Made by a program: the position numbers and the translations under genes. A stretch of DNA of 61,331 nt, counting the filler, from Jimgerdemannia flammicorona (taxonomy: Eukaryota): assembly GCA_003990765.1 (NCBI GenBank). It is 2 parts of 2 records of this genome, joined end to end, with 100 filler letters (N's around TTAATTAATTAA, not from the genome) between each part and the next. Parts side by side here need not be neighbours in the genome. Positions count along the whole stretch, not along the records: positions 1 to 30,617 come from RBNJ01000434.1; positions 30,718 to 61,331 come from RBNJ01000435.1. The stretch is one strand, 5' to 3'. The notes beneath the pieces are model-generated. The model saw only the letters and a list, made by a program, of their open reading frames with translations. It was not told the origin of the DNA and made no database searches. Positions 26,664-39,550 of this stretch are shown in pieces (position 1 is the stretch's first letter; each line of letters begins with the position of its first letter).

Positions 26664-26729
26664 AGAGCCCTTACTCATAGATATATATCTTGAGTAGATC
26701 TGATGACTATAAGATAAGTTCTAAACTCT
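26664..26729 (+). ncRNA. Degenerate type III hammerhead ribozyme-like motif
   Basis: agag-cc / tactca..tgagta hairpin (stem I) / CTGATGA / short stem II / tAAA-ctct, with agag:ctct as stem III. Several core positions deviate. Confidence 0.35.
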
Positions 26730-28217
26730 TTGAGTCAGGTTCTTTAAAACTGACTGATATAATACATTTAAGACAGAAATATTCATCATATATACATTTA
26801 TCCAAATATGTATATAAACTTATACTTATCTAATTTATTATCACATATAATCTGATATAAGAGTGATAGGTATAAGAGAGTATGGATTATCAAAGGAGTA
26901 AGATGGGAATTTAATGAAGAAATCCTAAAGTGATAGTATATTAAAGATATATATTACTCAATTAGATAATTATATATATATATATGTATATTATAGAATT
27001 ATAGAATTTATTATACACCCAATATCTTGTTCTCTTTCCCTTATACTCAATTATCTTTACTATTATCAGTTTTACTCCCACTGACCTCCAGCTCTCTCAC
27101 ACTCAAAATACTATCACTAAGCAGATTAACAAGTTGTTTAAAGATAATAAGTCAGCTCTAGCTCATTTCTGAGAAGTCATATTTATATATATTATTTGTC
27201 AGATTCTTTGGAACTAACTGATATAATACATTTGGGACAGAAATATTCCTTACATATATATTTATCCAAATATAAAAACTTATACTTATCTAATTTATTA
27301 TTATATATAATCTGGTATAAGGGTTGCAGCCATAAGAGAGCATAGGTTATTAAAGAAGTAAGATGGAGATTTAAGTATACAATTTTTGCATAACTATCTC
27401 TATATTATATAGATGATCTGTTGGCTTTCTTATTAGATAATGAGTTGATAATTTGGTAAGTAATGCAGATTCTTTCTAAATCAGTAGCTTTTACTTAAGC
27501 AGTAGGTTACTTAGCAATATTCTTTAGGCTTAGTTTGATAAGTTTACTAAGATATAACAGACTTCTCAAAGTTATATCAAAGATAGCTTCATTTATGTAA
27601 ACAGATTTATAGTATAGATATGTCTTATACTAGACTGACTTTGAGTGACAGACTTCTTTGTATCAGAAGAGAACTGAAGTAGAAATAAGATAAAGCTTAC
27701 AACTTCTTGACAGTAGCTCATTGGCAGGCCTATCTCCTAAGTATTGCAATCCTCTCTGGATCAAATAGCTTTTGGTAGATATTTCTCTTAAGTATACCAG
27801 ATAATTGGCTTTTGCTTTAGAATGTTTTGAACTGAGATTTATTCACTCTTATCTCTGGGGTATTTTATATAGTTATGGCTGCTATATGGTTGATATATGA
27901 CTAAACATATAATATATAGTAATACTATTCTAAAAAAAGAGTGATCAGATATATCTACTAGATATAGTTGTATCTAGTAGACACAGATATATCTAATGGA
28001 TATATATATATTCTTAGAATATAGATCAATATATCTGATTTGATATCTTAACTAATTATAAGTAGTGATATATATAGATAACTAGGTATAGATTACTATA
28101 CTATACTGAGTATTTACATCATCTGATTTTACTATATTATTTACTTTCACATCAGTCTCCATTAAAGAGTAGTCTATCTTTAGTTATCATTATAATATCT
28201 ATAGACATCTTCTGTAT

Positions 28218-30206
28218 CTTTTTTTTTTTTTATTTTTTTTTTTATAGTCACTCGGACTCTTCCTTTATTACACCCATCTATTCCATATAAGTACAGTGAA
28301 CCCACCCCCTATCCTATTCCCCTAGGGGGGCCCCTCCCCCCTACTCCTTCTCGACGAAACACCACTCTATCAGACATAATTCCCACCCTCCAACCACTCT
28401 GTTCACATATCCTTATTACCAAACCTCGTCATCGCCCCCCTGAAGGCCCCCAACCTATCTACCATCCAGTCATCAGATCTCCCAACAGCTCCTCCCACCT
28501 TAAAACCTTCTCCTGCAGGCTCACCTGCCACTCCTCCTCAAATACAAATAGCCAATGTTCTACCAATCCCACCCAAACTGCTAACACTCACCCAATAGTG
28601 AGCCAACTATCACCCACCCCCCCTGCTAGCTGAGACCTCAAGGCCTCCCAGTGATCCCCCTCACCCTCTGGCCTGTACCCCACACTCAGTCTATCTTCTA
28701 TTTCAACCCAAAAGTCCCCCAAAACCTCACACTCTCCTAGCCAATATTCCAGTGTCTGCACCAAACCCCCAGCTTGCCCTACATTGTAACACTCCTCACA
28801 ATCAAAACAACCCCCATCCATCAGATGCCTGGTGTGGAAATTCAGCATGACTTTCCTCTACAGCATTTGCCACTACACCACCCAGTACATGGAGGGAAGC
28901 CACCACCATACCTTAGCACTCCAAGCCCAGATACCTTCCCAGTCCCACTCCTCACCAATCCTGACTGCCTGCCATCCACTCGGCCAAAGATCCTGGCCAA
29001 GACCCTGCTGATACTCCACTCCATCCCCAATATCAAAAGCCACAAGTGGAGTGCCCCCCAGTAGCAGTCTATCCCATCGCCACATACTTGGTCCCCACAA
29101 CATCTCCCCCTCATTGCCTTGCCAGTGCAGACCAATTCTGTGCACTCCATTGACCACTCCCCACCAAAAGCCCTTAAACCTCAGCCTCTAAGTTCTACTG
29201 AGTCCTACCAAAGAGAGTAGATCTCCTGAGGACCCTCAAGGGGAGGTTCGCATCTCCCACACCATCTGCAGCAGAGGCACCCAATCTCCTCCTTGCAGTT
29301 CAGCTGCTCTCCTCAACCAACAGGCTTGCAAGCAGTACAACCTCTTAGAGAAATCTATAAGACCAAGACCTCCCCTGACCACTGGTGTCGCAAGAGTATC
29401 CCAACTGATCTGGGACCTCCTCTCTGCCCAAATCCAATCTCTAGCCACCTTTGCCAGCCTCTTCACCACCCAAGCTGAGAAGTCTAGGTGGTAGGCCACA
29501 TACTACAGCTTGGGGAATCAGTATACATTCAGAATTGCTACCTGCCCTGCTAGAGAGATATGATGGCCTCTCCAACCTCGAAGGACCTCCCCCCAAGCAG
29601 CCACCCTGCTCTCTCACCACCCTTGTGGCAGGACAGAGCCATATACAGAGAGGCAGATGCCCAGATACCGTACTACCTCACCAGTAGGGACAATTGTTCC
29701 AATGATGTCCCCACCCACCAGCCCATTCTCCAGCACTATAGTCTCACACTTATACCAGTTGAGCTTTGCCCCAGAGTGATCCTCATACCATTCTACTGTC
29801 TCCTTAAGTGCCTCGACATCTGCCACAGACCCAAGGCCAACTACTATATCATCTGCAAAGGCTCCCACCTTCCATACTATACCATAGATAGAGAGTCCTA
29901 CCACCTTCTGGCGAATCCTATCCATCAATGGTTCCAGTGAGAGGGCATAAAGAATAGGGGACAGGGGGTCTCCCTGAGGAACCTCTCTTCACAAGGTAAA
30001 TGCCAGACCATAGTGACCATTACACATCAGTGCTGCCTGACTGCCCTCTAACAGACTCAACATAGAAGCCTGAAATTCTGAAGAAACACCAATATGATCC
30101 AACACCTTGCCCAGCCAAACCTACCAGACCCAGTCATAGGCCTTCTCCTAGTCCAAGAAGACTAACCTTCTATCCAGGCCACAAGCCTGGACCCCTTCAA
30201 TGATTC
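28218..30206 (-). mobile_element. 5'-truncated LINE (second subfamily) with poly(A) tail
   Basis: Poly-T at 28218-28243. RT 'GAFADD' and C-terminal Cys motif 'CFDCEEC...YWLGEC'. Homologous to 1-1800. Confidence 0.9.
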
Positions 30207-30617
30207 AGTTTAGTTGTAAGTAATATTATATATTATCTATAGTTCAAGAATAGTCTCTATAACTGAGATAATATCTATTCTAGTTATATTTTCTGATTTA
30301 TATTCTGGCAAGACTGTATTTAGATAGATTCTTTAAATCTTAATCTTGATTTCTTCTTCATCATCACTACTCTTTAAGAAGACTGATGACTTGTCCTCAT
30401 GGTCTTCTTTTTCTTACTACTTATGTCTTCTTTTCTTTTTTTTTATAAAGATCTTATAAATTTTAGTAATATACTAATAATAGTTATCATTATACTTTAT
30501 ATAATATATCTGAGTCTTATATATAAGAACAGATTTCTTACAAAGTATATTTTTGAGTAATTTTCTTATATTAATTTTCTTTACTGATTTATCTGATCTT
30601 CCTTTTATTCTTCTGTA

Positions 30618-30717
30618 NNNNNNNNNNNNNNNNNNNNNNNNNNNNNNNNNNNNNNNNNNNNTTAATTAATTAANNNNNNNNNNNNNNNNNNNNNNNNNNN
30701 NNNNNNNNNNNNNNNNN
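30618..30717. other. Assembly gap / contig linker (N44-TTAATTAATTAA-N44)
   Basis: Six-frame-stop spacer embedded in Ns; artificial. Confidence 0.97.
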
Positions 30718-30944
30718 GCAAACTTGTATAAATAACCCAGTATCTTCGAGTGAATAAACCTCAGATCGAAATAGTTCAAAAGCAAAGAGATAGCAAAGGA
30801 ACTAGTAAGCCTGTGGGCAGATACACTTCGAACTCACCCACCCTCCCCTGCCACTTCAAGAGACTCTGCGAGAGTCAGAACAGTCAAGTTTTCAAGATAC
30901 AGAAATCCGATGTACTTTCAAGAGTAAGTATCCACTATGTTACA
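30718..30944 (+). mobile_element. 3' part of a related gypsy LTR
   Basis: tataaata...gagtgaataaacctcag block shared with the other LTRs. Ends in tgttaca, followed by atag. Confidence 0.65.
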
Positions 30945-31492
30945 ATAGTTATAAATATATCAATAGTATATTTAAATAGTATCTAAGAAAATATAGTATA
31001 TACTATCAGATAATAGTACTATATATATCATAGCAGAATAGTGTAGCTGAGTAATTTAACCATATAGCTATAGAAATAATAAGAATAATAATTGATATAG
31101 TTAGATTATTATATTATTATTAGGCTGAAGCTATCAATATAGTAGTATATATATATATAACTAATATATCTCAAGTATTAAGCAAGAAATCTGACAACAA
31201 TAATAAGTATTCTAGAAATATCATGATCTTACTCTTGAAGAGTTATAGAATAGAATAAAGCTAGACATATATATATTATATCTATATATATTCTTAATAA
31301 TAATAATGTTAATTAATACAAATTTAAGTCAAAAGCTGGCAAGTATATATTTCTTGAGTATTCTGGTAATATATACCAACTCTGAAATCTATACATAATA
31401 TGTAGTTCAATAAAAAAGAAAATCAGAAATTCTACATAGAGTGATGAGCAACAGAATTGCATCACTAAAATAATAAATTAGCCATATACTAT

Positions 31493-32758
31493 TGTAATGT
31501 GCCTGGCTTAATGGAGACAAATTACAAGGTTGGAGGTTGATGTAGTTTGGCTTGAGCCCCTAGTTACTTTGTCAAAAAGCAACAAAATATTCTAAGATTT
31601 CTAGAGTCCTTAGTGTTTAGTGGTATAATAGTCAAAGCTGGATATCTGCGAGCAATTTGTATGTCAATTTCCTAATTGGGACGATTCTCTGGGTGTAGCG
31701 GCAATTTGTGTGAATGGGTTTCCTTCCTGGATCAACTAGGAATGGCAGAATTTGTGTATAGCATGATGATCTCTGTACATGATGGTCTGGTAATTTGGTG
31801 GCTTTCCTTATGTAATTTGGGTGGCGATCTCTGTGTAGCATGACAAGTTTCTTATATAGGATGTTCTGATAATTTGGCAGATAACCCAATTTGGCTCACT
31901 GAGAATAACAAACAATTTGGACAGCATGAATCGGCTCCAACTGGGAATACTACTTGAATGGCATAAGTTCTTTTGAATCGGGCTCTTCTTGGAATACGAT
32001 GGCATGGGTTCTGGGAATATAGATAACTCGAAAGCAGTGGCTTTGGCTGGGAATATAGCAGATAACTTGAAAATGGCAGATGACGTGGACTCTTCTGAAT
32101 TGGCAGCTTCAACTGGGAATTAACTAGGATTCTTGGCAAGTTACATCAAAGACTGGCTTTGTTTGCATGGGGTTATATCATAGACTGGATCCACTGCAAA
32201 GTTGCATCAGAAAGACTAGCTTGTGGCAAGAAAGGCAGGTTCTCTGAGAATGTAGTGAATAACTTAAAAGCAATAGATGATGCAGATTCTTCCTGAATTG
32301 GCAAAGTTCTTGAAAATGGCAGCTTATTCTTTAAGCAGTAGATTACTCAAAAGGCAGCAAGTTCTTCCTTGAACTTGGTGGCAAATCGGCTTTGTATCGG
32401 AAAGTGGACCAGAGTGGAAAGGGGACCAATGCTCAATCTTTAGAGACTTCTTTGGTGTTTGTATTTTGGACTGAGGTTTATTCCCTCTTGTCTCTGAGGT
32501 AATTTATACATTGTGATTGCTATCTGGTTACTATGTGGCTAACTATAGATTTGCTATCTATGGTGTGTTTGGGTAGATGGTCACTGTCCAGCGGACAGCC
32601 ACTGTCCAGTGGACAGCCACTGTTCACATTATTTCCTTCTTTGGCTATCTGGTTATTTATATATTTTTCCACAGCAATGGTTGCTGGTTACTATGCTATG
32701 CTAATGTTCATGTCACCTGGTTAGGTTTTGAGATTGCTACATTTCATGGTTTGTCACA
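31493..32758 (-). mobile_element. Solo LTR of the same family inserted antisense into the 5' LTR
   Basis: TGTAAT...TGTCACA termini; 4-bp TSD ctat, confirmed against the uninterrupted 3' LTR. Confidence 0.92.
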
Positions 32759-33992
32759 CTATATCTAGTGCACTAAGCAACCAAGACTGCTTTACTGTGC
32801 CAACTTATATATTTAGCCAGAAATACCAGAAACAGTATGTTTACCCATACCCTCAAGATACACTATATCCTTAAGGAATACTTGCCATAGATAGCAATCT
32901 ATAGTTAGCAATGTAGTAACTAGTAGCAACCACAACTGTATAAAATACCCCAGAGACAAGAGTGAATAAACCTCAGTTCTGAAACATAAAGCAAAAGACA
33001 AGTCTTCCTACTACACTTGGAGAGATATGCCTGCCAAAAGCCACTTGATCCAGGAAGGATTGCAACACTTAGGAGAAATGCCTGCTCTACAGCCACTACT
33101 AGGAGATTGTGAGCTTTGCCCCTTTCCTACTCCGGTCCACTTTCCAATATAAAGAACGAGTCTGCTTTTGAGAAGAAGTCCACCATTTTCAAGTTATTCA
33201 CCACATTCCAGAGAGCCCGCCTTTCTTGCCACAAGCCAGTCTCCTAATGCAACTTCACAGTGATACGTTCACACAAACGAAGCCAGTCTTTGATGTAACT
33301 TGCCAAGAATCCAAGTTATTTCGGAACCCTGCTGATTCAGGAAGAATCCGCGACATCCGAGTCATCTGAGTTATCCGAGTTATTAGTTTGTTCCCAGTGA
33401 GCCCGAGTTATTGAGTTATCTGCCGCCAGTATTATTCCCAGTAAGCCGCCAATTCAGGAAGAGTCTGCGCCATCCCCTATTCCCAGTAAGCCGCCAAGCA
33501 TAATTCCCAGTGAGCCGATTCAGGAGAATCTGTGACATCCAAGAAGCCTGCCGATTTAGGAGAATCCGCGCCAAATCGAGTTATCCACCAAATTGTCAGA
33601 ACATCCCGCATAAGGAACCCGCCATGCTACACAGAGATCGACGTGCCATACAAGAGATCATCATGCAGAAATCGCATACTTTTGGCAACTGCTTGCACTA
33701 TATACGAAATTCTACCAATTCCCAGTTGACCCAAGAAGGAAACCCATTCACAAATCGCCACTATACCCAGAGAACCATCCCAATAAGGAAATCAACATAC
33801 AAATTGACCACCATGTGACCAGAGGAACTACTGTTGTATCCAGATTGACTATTATACTACTAAATACCAACAAGGACCTCAGGAATCTTAGAACATTTTG
33901 TTGCTTTTTGATAAAGTAACTGGGGGCTCAAGCCAAACTACACTAATCTCCAACCTTGTAATTTGCCTCCATTGAGTCAGGTATGTTACATT

Positions 33993-34010
33993 TGGGGGCT
34001 CAACTGAGAA
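33993..34010 (+). promoter_or_regulatory. Primer binding site, tRNA-Pro type
   Basis: TGGGGGCTCAACtGaGAA two bases after the LTR; resembles the tRNA-Pro PBS TGGGGGCTCGTCCGGGAT. Confidence 0.75.
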
Positions 34011-37000
34011 GATTTCAAAATCGATGTGACTTTTCAGCTCACAAGAACCCACAGTTAAACTGAATATATTTGATATATTTGATACAACACTAACCTCTGC
34101 CACTACAGGAGAACTAGTTATCACTAGCATTTGGACAGGAAGAGAAATAATCACCTCAAGACTTGCCAAATACCCAGTATCAGAAGGATCCCAACCAGAA
34201 CCAGAAGCCAGTACAGCTCAAAATCCCCAATCAGATCAACCAGACAACACAGGTGGCCCTATGGGAGATTTTGAAGAACTTGCATAAGAACTATAAGATC
34301 TTATTATATAAGTCTGAGATCTTATAGCCAGATATCCCATATCAGTCCCACCAATCTCACCCATTGAACCCTTACCACCAGCCCTTGCAGAATTGGAAGT
34401 AGTCTCTACAAGAATACCTAGGCTCATCCTACTTTATCCAAGGTCCAGAACACCATCCTCAGGATACCCAAGCACCTCTATCTCCAGTGACAGCTCAGAA
34501 AGCAAATCAGAATCAGAATCTGGACCAGAACCAGAATCAGAAGAAAGTGACAACAAAATGGCCACCTCATTGCCAACCTTTGCAGAATATCCAGAAGAAG
34601 ACCCCAGAGAATTCCTTGATGAAATTGAAGGAATCACAGCTCTGAGAAATCTCTCAGATGAAAGAAAAATTGCCATCTACAATACCCAGCTCAGAGAACC
34701 AGCCAGAGGAATTTTCCACCAAACAGCTAATGATCCACACTCAGAGCTAGTGAGACAGATACAAGCAGCAGCATCTTATAAGCTAGAATATGTAGCCATG
34801 GTCCACTGGCTCATCAAAAAATATACAGGAAATGAAACCCACAATAAGGCTCAAGAATCTATCATGGAGATGAAGATGAATCTTGGAGAATTTCCCAGAG
34901 CCTTCTTCATAAGAATCCAGAAGAGAATGCATGCTGCTGGGTTCAATGTTACCAACTAGGACATCATAGGCCCAATGATCTTCATGAGTGAGATTCCTCT
35001 GAACATTGCCCAGCATATCTGTACTCTAGACATCAGAAGATTCAAAGAGCAAGTAGATGTAGCCCAAGGATTCTTTAATGTCAGACAAGAAACTATCTGG
35101 AGTGATCATGATAAGAAAGAAGATAAAGAAGACATCATGGTCAAAGCCCTATAAGGACTCCTTCAAGAACAAGAGAGATCTGAAGAAAGAAGGCCAGCCA
35201 ATGAAGGAAAGAAGGACAGAAGTAAAATCCAAGACCTTAGCTCCAAGTTGGACTAATTGGTTGGACAGATTGAAAAACTCACCACATGTAAAAATCAGAG
35301 TTATCAAGATAACAGAGGATATCCTCTACAAAGAAGCCAAGGTTATCCACCCAGAGATAACAGGAACTACCAACAAGAAGAAAGAAGATACCCTGTCCAA
35401 AATAGAGCCCAAGTTTAATGTTTCCACTGTAGATAATTTGGACACTATGCTGCTGAATGTGATAATAAAAGAAGTGACTGAAGAGACTCAGAACCATCAA
35501 ACTGAAGGAATGACACTCAGTACAAGAAGACTGAAGCCCATTCTGTTGAAGATTTCGAGGAAGCAAGCAACAGTGAAGACTACAGTGATCTGGACTTATA
35601 CTCTACCAGGGTTACTATCTGAAAAACAGTTCACCCAGCAGAGAAAAGGAAGAGACCTATAGGAAGGCCATCCAGGAATATCAGCAGAAGAATCATCTAA
35701 GAAGAAGATGAAGAACATGAGGAGGAGCAAGTAGAAACACCTCCCTGAACCCCCTCATCTTTTGTCCCTGAGACAAACAAGCTGCAGCCAGAGAATGAAG
35801 AAATGGAACAAGAAGAATGGGAACCTGCTGCCCTGAAACCCAAAAAGAAGTACACCCTGAAGATGATGCCAAAAGATATCTATAATGAAGCCTGGTAGAA
35901 AATTCAAGAAGTCAAGATAGAAGTCCCTCTCCTGTAGTTTCTATAACTAATATTAACTAGAGTCCAAAACAAACTACTGAGGACCACTAGGTCTAGCACT
36001 GGTTGAGTTCTGATCTCACAACAAGAACCAGCTTCCATTCTTATCCAAGCTACAGAAAGATATATCAGCACCTATCTATATAGAGATATTGGAGAACAAA
36101 AGGTGAAAATCCTCATAGACACAGGAGCAGCTATCTGTATCATTGCCAAATAGTTCCTAGATATCCTCCAATGGCCCATTGATGGACCATCCAACCTCAG
36201 CATCATAGTAGCAGATGGAGCCCAAACTCAACCCCTTGGAGAAGTATGAAACATCACTATCTCTCTTGGACACATTCAATTCTCTATCCCAAAAGCTATT
36301 GTCACTAAAGCTGTCACCTATGACATGATTCTTGACACTAACTGGATAAAGGAAATAAATGCAGTTATTGATATTGGTCAACAAGTACTCAAGTTTGACT
36401 ACTGAGGCAAGAAGTTTAGAGTTAGAGTTAAGGTGACTAGCTATGAGCAATGGAAGAAAAAGAAGAAGGTCACCATCCAGGAAGAATATGCCAGCAGTGA
36501 AGAGTCTACTATAAAGGAAGAAGAAGAATCCAAAGATGGAAATAATCCTAGACTCAACCCTGAAATCAACCTAGTAGATGACAGACCAGAAGACAATATA
36601 TGGGCCAGGAATACTATTCCCATTACCATTGGAGCCATTGCAGGAGAGATCAAAGGATGCCCCACCTGCCTCAAGAGACACAAGTGCCCCAAGCACTCCT
36701 CCAAGATCATTGGAACAAGGAATTCGCCTGGCACAGCTTGCCCAGAGTGCAGAAGGAAGAAGAAGAAATGCATACATCTTCCAGAAATACCTGCAGCCAA
36801 AGCTGCAGAAGTACAAGCAATTTGGGGACAAGAATCATCTGAGGAAGAAGAAGCTCCTGACTAAGAAGTTCCTGAACAAGAAGTATCTGAGAAAGAAGAG
36901 ATCCCTGAACTCATTTCCTAAGATGACCCTTGATGGATACTACTTGAAGATAATGACTCCTGGAATACAAAAGAAGGATCCAGCACAATCTCCATTACTC

Positions 37001-39550
37001 TCAAGAAAGAAACTCACCAAGAAAGGGCATTTCAGCTAGAAAGATGTCCACACCAAATGGTCTTCCACTCTTCTTAGACTACTATTATCAGTGCCATCTA
37101 CTAGACCAATAGGAGAGACAGAGACCTCAGAGACCAGAACCCCCAAATACAGTTGTACAGTCAACTACCTTTCAAGAAGTTACCACCAAGTTGCAAAGCT
37201 AATTCAGGGGACAAGATCTCTTCACCTGAACAGAAGTATTCCCCTTGTCTACTCTTCCCCTGACTTATGACCAAGATGGATACTGATTCCCAAGACAACA
37301 AGAAATCAACAACCAAGAACATCATTTTCAAGCAATGGAATATTGTAACCATGGAAGACATCTGGATTGCTGAGACTAATGAAATCAGAAGATTCACCTC
37401 AGTTATGATGTTGCAATCCATACATTGAAGAGATGAGACAATAGAAGCCAGATCTGAAAAATCCAGACCAAGAAGCCAGGAAGAAGGACCCTCAAGATCT
37501 ATGATTGGGAGAAGACATCCTAGCTCTCATCAAACATAAACCCCACCACCTACTAGAGCATTATCAACTAGTCAAAATCCTGTTTCCAGAAGAAGAAGGA
37601 CCTGTTGAGTAGAGTGATTCTGATCTAGATCAAGACACCAGTTCAGGTATTGATACTGAAGATGCTTATGTACATTAGAATGATGACTAAAGGATTGTCT
37701 GAGGACAGACCATTCTTTAGTGGGGACTGATGTGATGAGCAACAGAATTGCACTGCCAAAATCATAAATTAGCCACATACTATATCTAGTGCACTAAGCA
37801 ACCAATGTGCCAACTTGTATATTTAGCCAGAAATACTAGAAACAGTATGTTTACCCATACCCTCAAGGTACACTGTACCCTCAAGGAACACTTGCCATAG
37901 ATAGCAATCTATAGTTAGTAATATAGTAACTAGTAGCAACCACAACTGTATAAAATACCCCAGAGACAAGAGTGAATAAACCTCAGTTCCGAAACACAAA
38001 GCAAAAGACAAGTCTTCCTACTACACTTCAAGAGATACACCTGCCAAAAGCCACTTGATCCAGGAAGGATTGTAATACTTAGGAGAAACACCTGCTCTAC
38101 AGCCACTACTAGGAGATTGTGAGCTTTGCCCCTTTCCCACTCTGGTCCACTTTCCGATATAAAGAACGAGTCCGCTTTTGAGAAGAAGTCCACTGTTTTC
38201 AAGTTATTCACTGTATTCCAGAGAGCCTGCCTTTCTTGCCACAAGCCAGTCTCTTGATGCAACTTCGCAGTGATATGTTCGCGCAAACGAAGCCAGTCTT
38301 TGACATAACTTGCCAAGAATCTGAGTTATTTCAGAACCCTGCCGATTCAGGAAGAATCCGCGACATCCGAGTCATCCGAGTTATCCGAGTTATTAGTTTG
38401 TTCCCAGTGAGCCCGAGTTATTGAGTTATCTGCTGCCAGTATTATTCCCAGTAAGCTGCCGATTCAGGAAGAGTCCGCACCATCTCCTATTCTCAGTAAG
38501 CCACCAAGCATAATTCCCAGTGAGCCGATTCAGGAGAATCCGTGACATCCAAGAAGTCCGCTGATTTAGGAGAATCCGCGCCAAATCGAGTTATCCGCCA
38601 AATTGTCAGAACGTCCCGCATAAGGAACCCGCCGCGCTACACAGAGATCGACGTGCCACACAAGAGATCGTCACACAGAAATCACATACTTTTGGCAACT
38701 GCTCACGCTACATATGAAATTCTACCAATTCCCAGTTGACCCAAGAAGGAAACCCATTCACAAATCGCCGCTATACCCAGAGAACTGTCCCAATAAGGAA
38801 ATCGATATACAAATTGACCGCCATGTGACCAGAGGAACTATTGTTGTATCCAGATTGACTATTATACCACTAAACACCAACAAGGACCTCAGGAATCTTA
38901 GAACATTTTGTTGCTTTTTGATAAAGTAACTGGGGGCTCAAGCCAAACTACACCAACCCCCAACCTTGTAATTTGCCTCCATTGAGCCAGGCACGTTACA
39001 ATAGATATATCCATCAGAACCTCTACTTCAATATCTCAGCAAGCACAATATCTGATACTAATCTCTCTAATAAAGCAAAATTATTTTCAATTACTACATA
39101 TATATATCTGAGCCAGAGTTACCTAAGCTAAGAATAATAGAGATTAAGAATAGTGAGACTGATAATAATAATAATAATAATAATAATAAATCTATCAAGA
39201 GTAAAAAAAAGCTAAAGCATAAGCTCAGAAATGAGACTCATTCCAATTTAGAGAGTTATTGAGATACACTAAAGACATCTTAATATAAAGAATATATAAG
39301 TTGAACTAAGATATATGAATACAACTTCTGGTGAGCCAAATATATATGATGAAGTAATAACTTTCTCTGATAATAAGAAATAAAAGCAAGTCATAGATAA
39401 AGAGTATAATTCACTCATTAAGAATAGTATATAAGATCTGATATCTCTTCTGAGTAATCAATAAGCTATAGAATCATATTGAGTTTATAAAATTAAGTAC
39501 AAAAATAATAGAAGTATATAATAGTATAAAGCTCATTTTATTGCTAAGAG

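Larger units (their letters stand above)
21759..27374 (+). mobile_element. Ngaro-type (DIRS order) tyrosine-recombinase retrotransposon, structurally complete, heavily decayed
   Basis: Split direct repeats A1 (~21759-21915), B1 (~26734-26914), A2 (~26915-27080), B2 (~27198-27374). Gag Cys/His finger remnant ~23440-23570. RT 'FKVDL..F..I.V.PED*ELLGF...FYFDQFL' ~24190-24310 and YIDD ~24377. RNase H 'DIQFKELYAI...TWG' ~24961. Recombinase 'YFGFLWSGKFT', 'SKTDPF', 'IQIL..*..D.Y..YI' ~25700-26190. No TSD. Confidence 0.92.
21527..28217 (-). mobile_element. 3' LTR (21527-21758 + 27375-28151) and PPT region of a gypsy-family element, split by the Ngaro insertion
   Basis: TGTAACGTGCC terminus at 21527. 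The other terminus (tttcaca, 28151) is followed by the reverse complement of the PPT-proximal sequence seen at 37650-37730. Confidence 0.85.
31440..39000 (+). mobile_element. Complete non-autonomous gypsy-type LTR element (gag + protease, no RT/IN seen)
   Basis: 5' LTR 31440-31492 + 32759-33990; PBS 33993-34010; gag ~34393-35700 with CCHC 'CFHCR*FGHYAAEC'; protease 'ILIDTGAAIC' ~36110; PPT 37717-37730; 3' LTR 37731-39000; TSD atag (31436-31439 / 39001-39004). Confidence 0.92.

Noticed and set aside
27081..27180. Second ribozyme (HDV- or hammerhead-like) between A2 and B2
   Set aside because: Only ctgac/gtcag and one small hairpin are visible; catalytic cores cannot be recovered.
30662..30673. 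TTAATTAATTAA palindrome as a piggyBac site or biological signal
   Set aside because: Centred in exactly 44+44 Ns; an artificial six-frame-stop linker.
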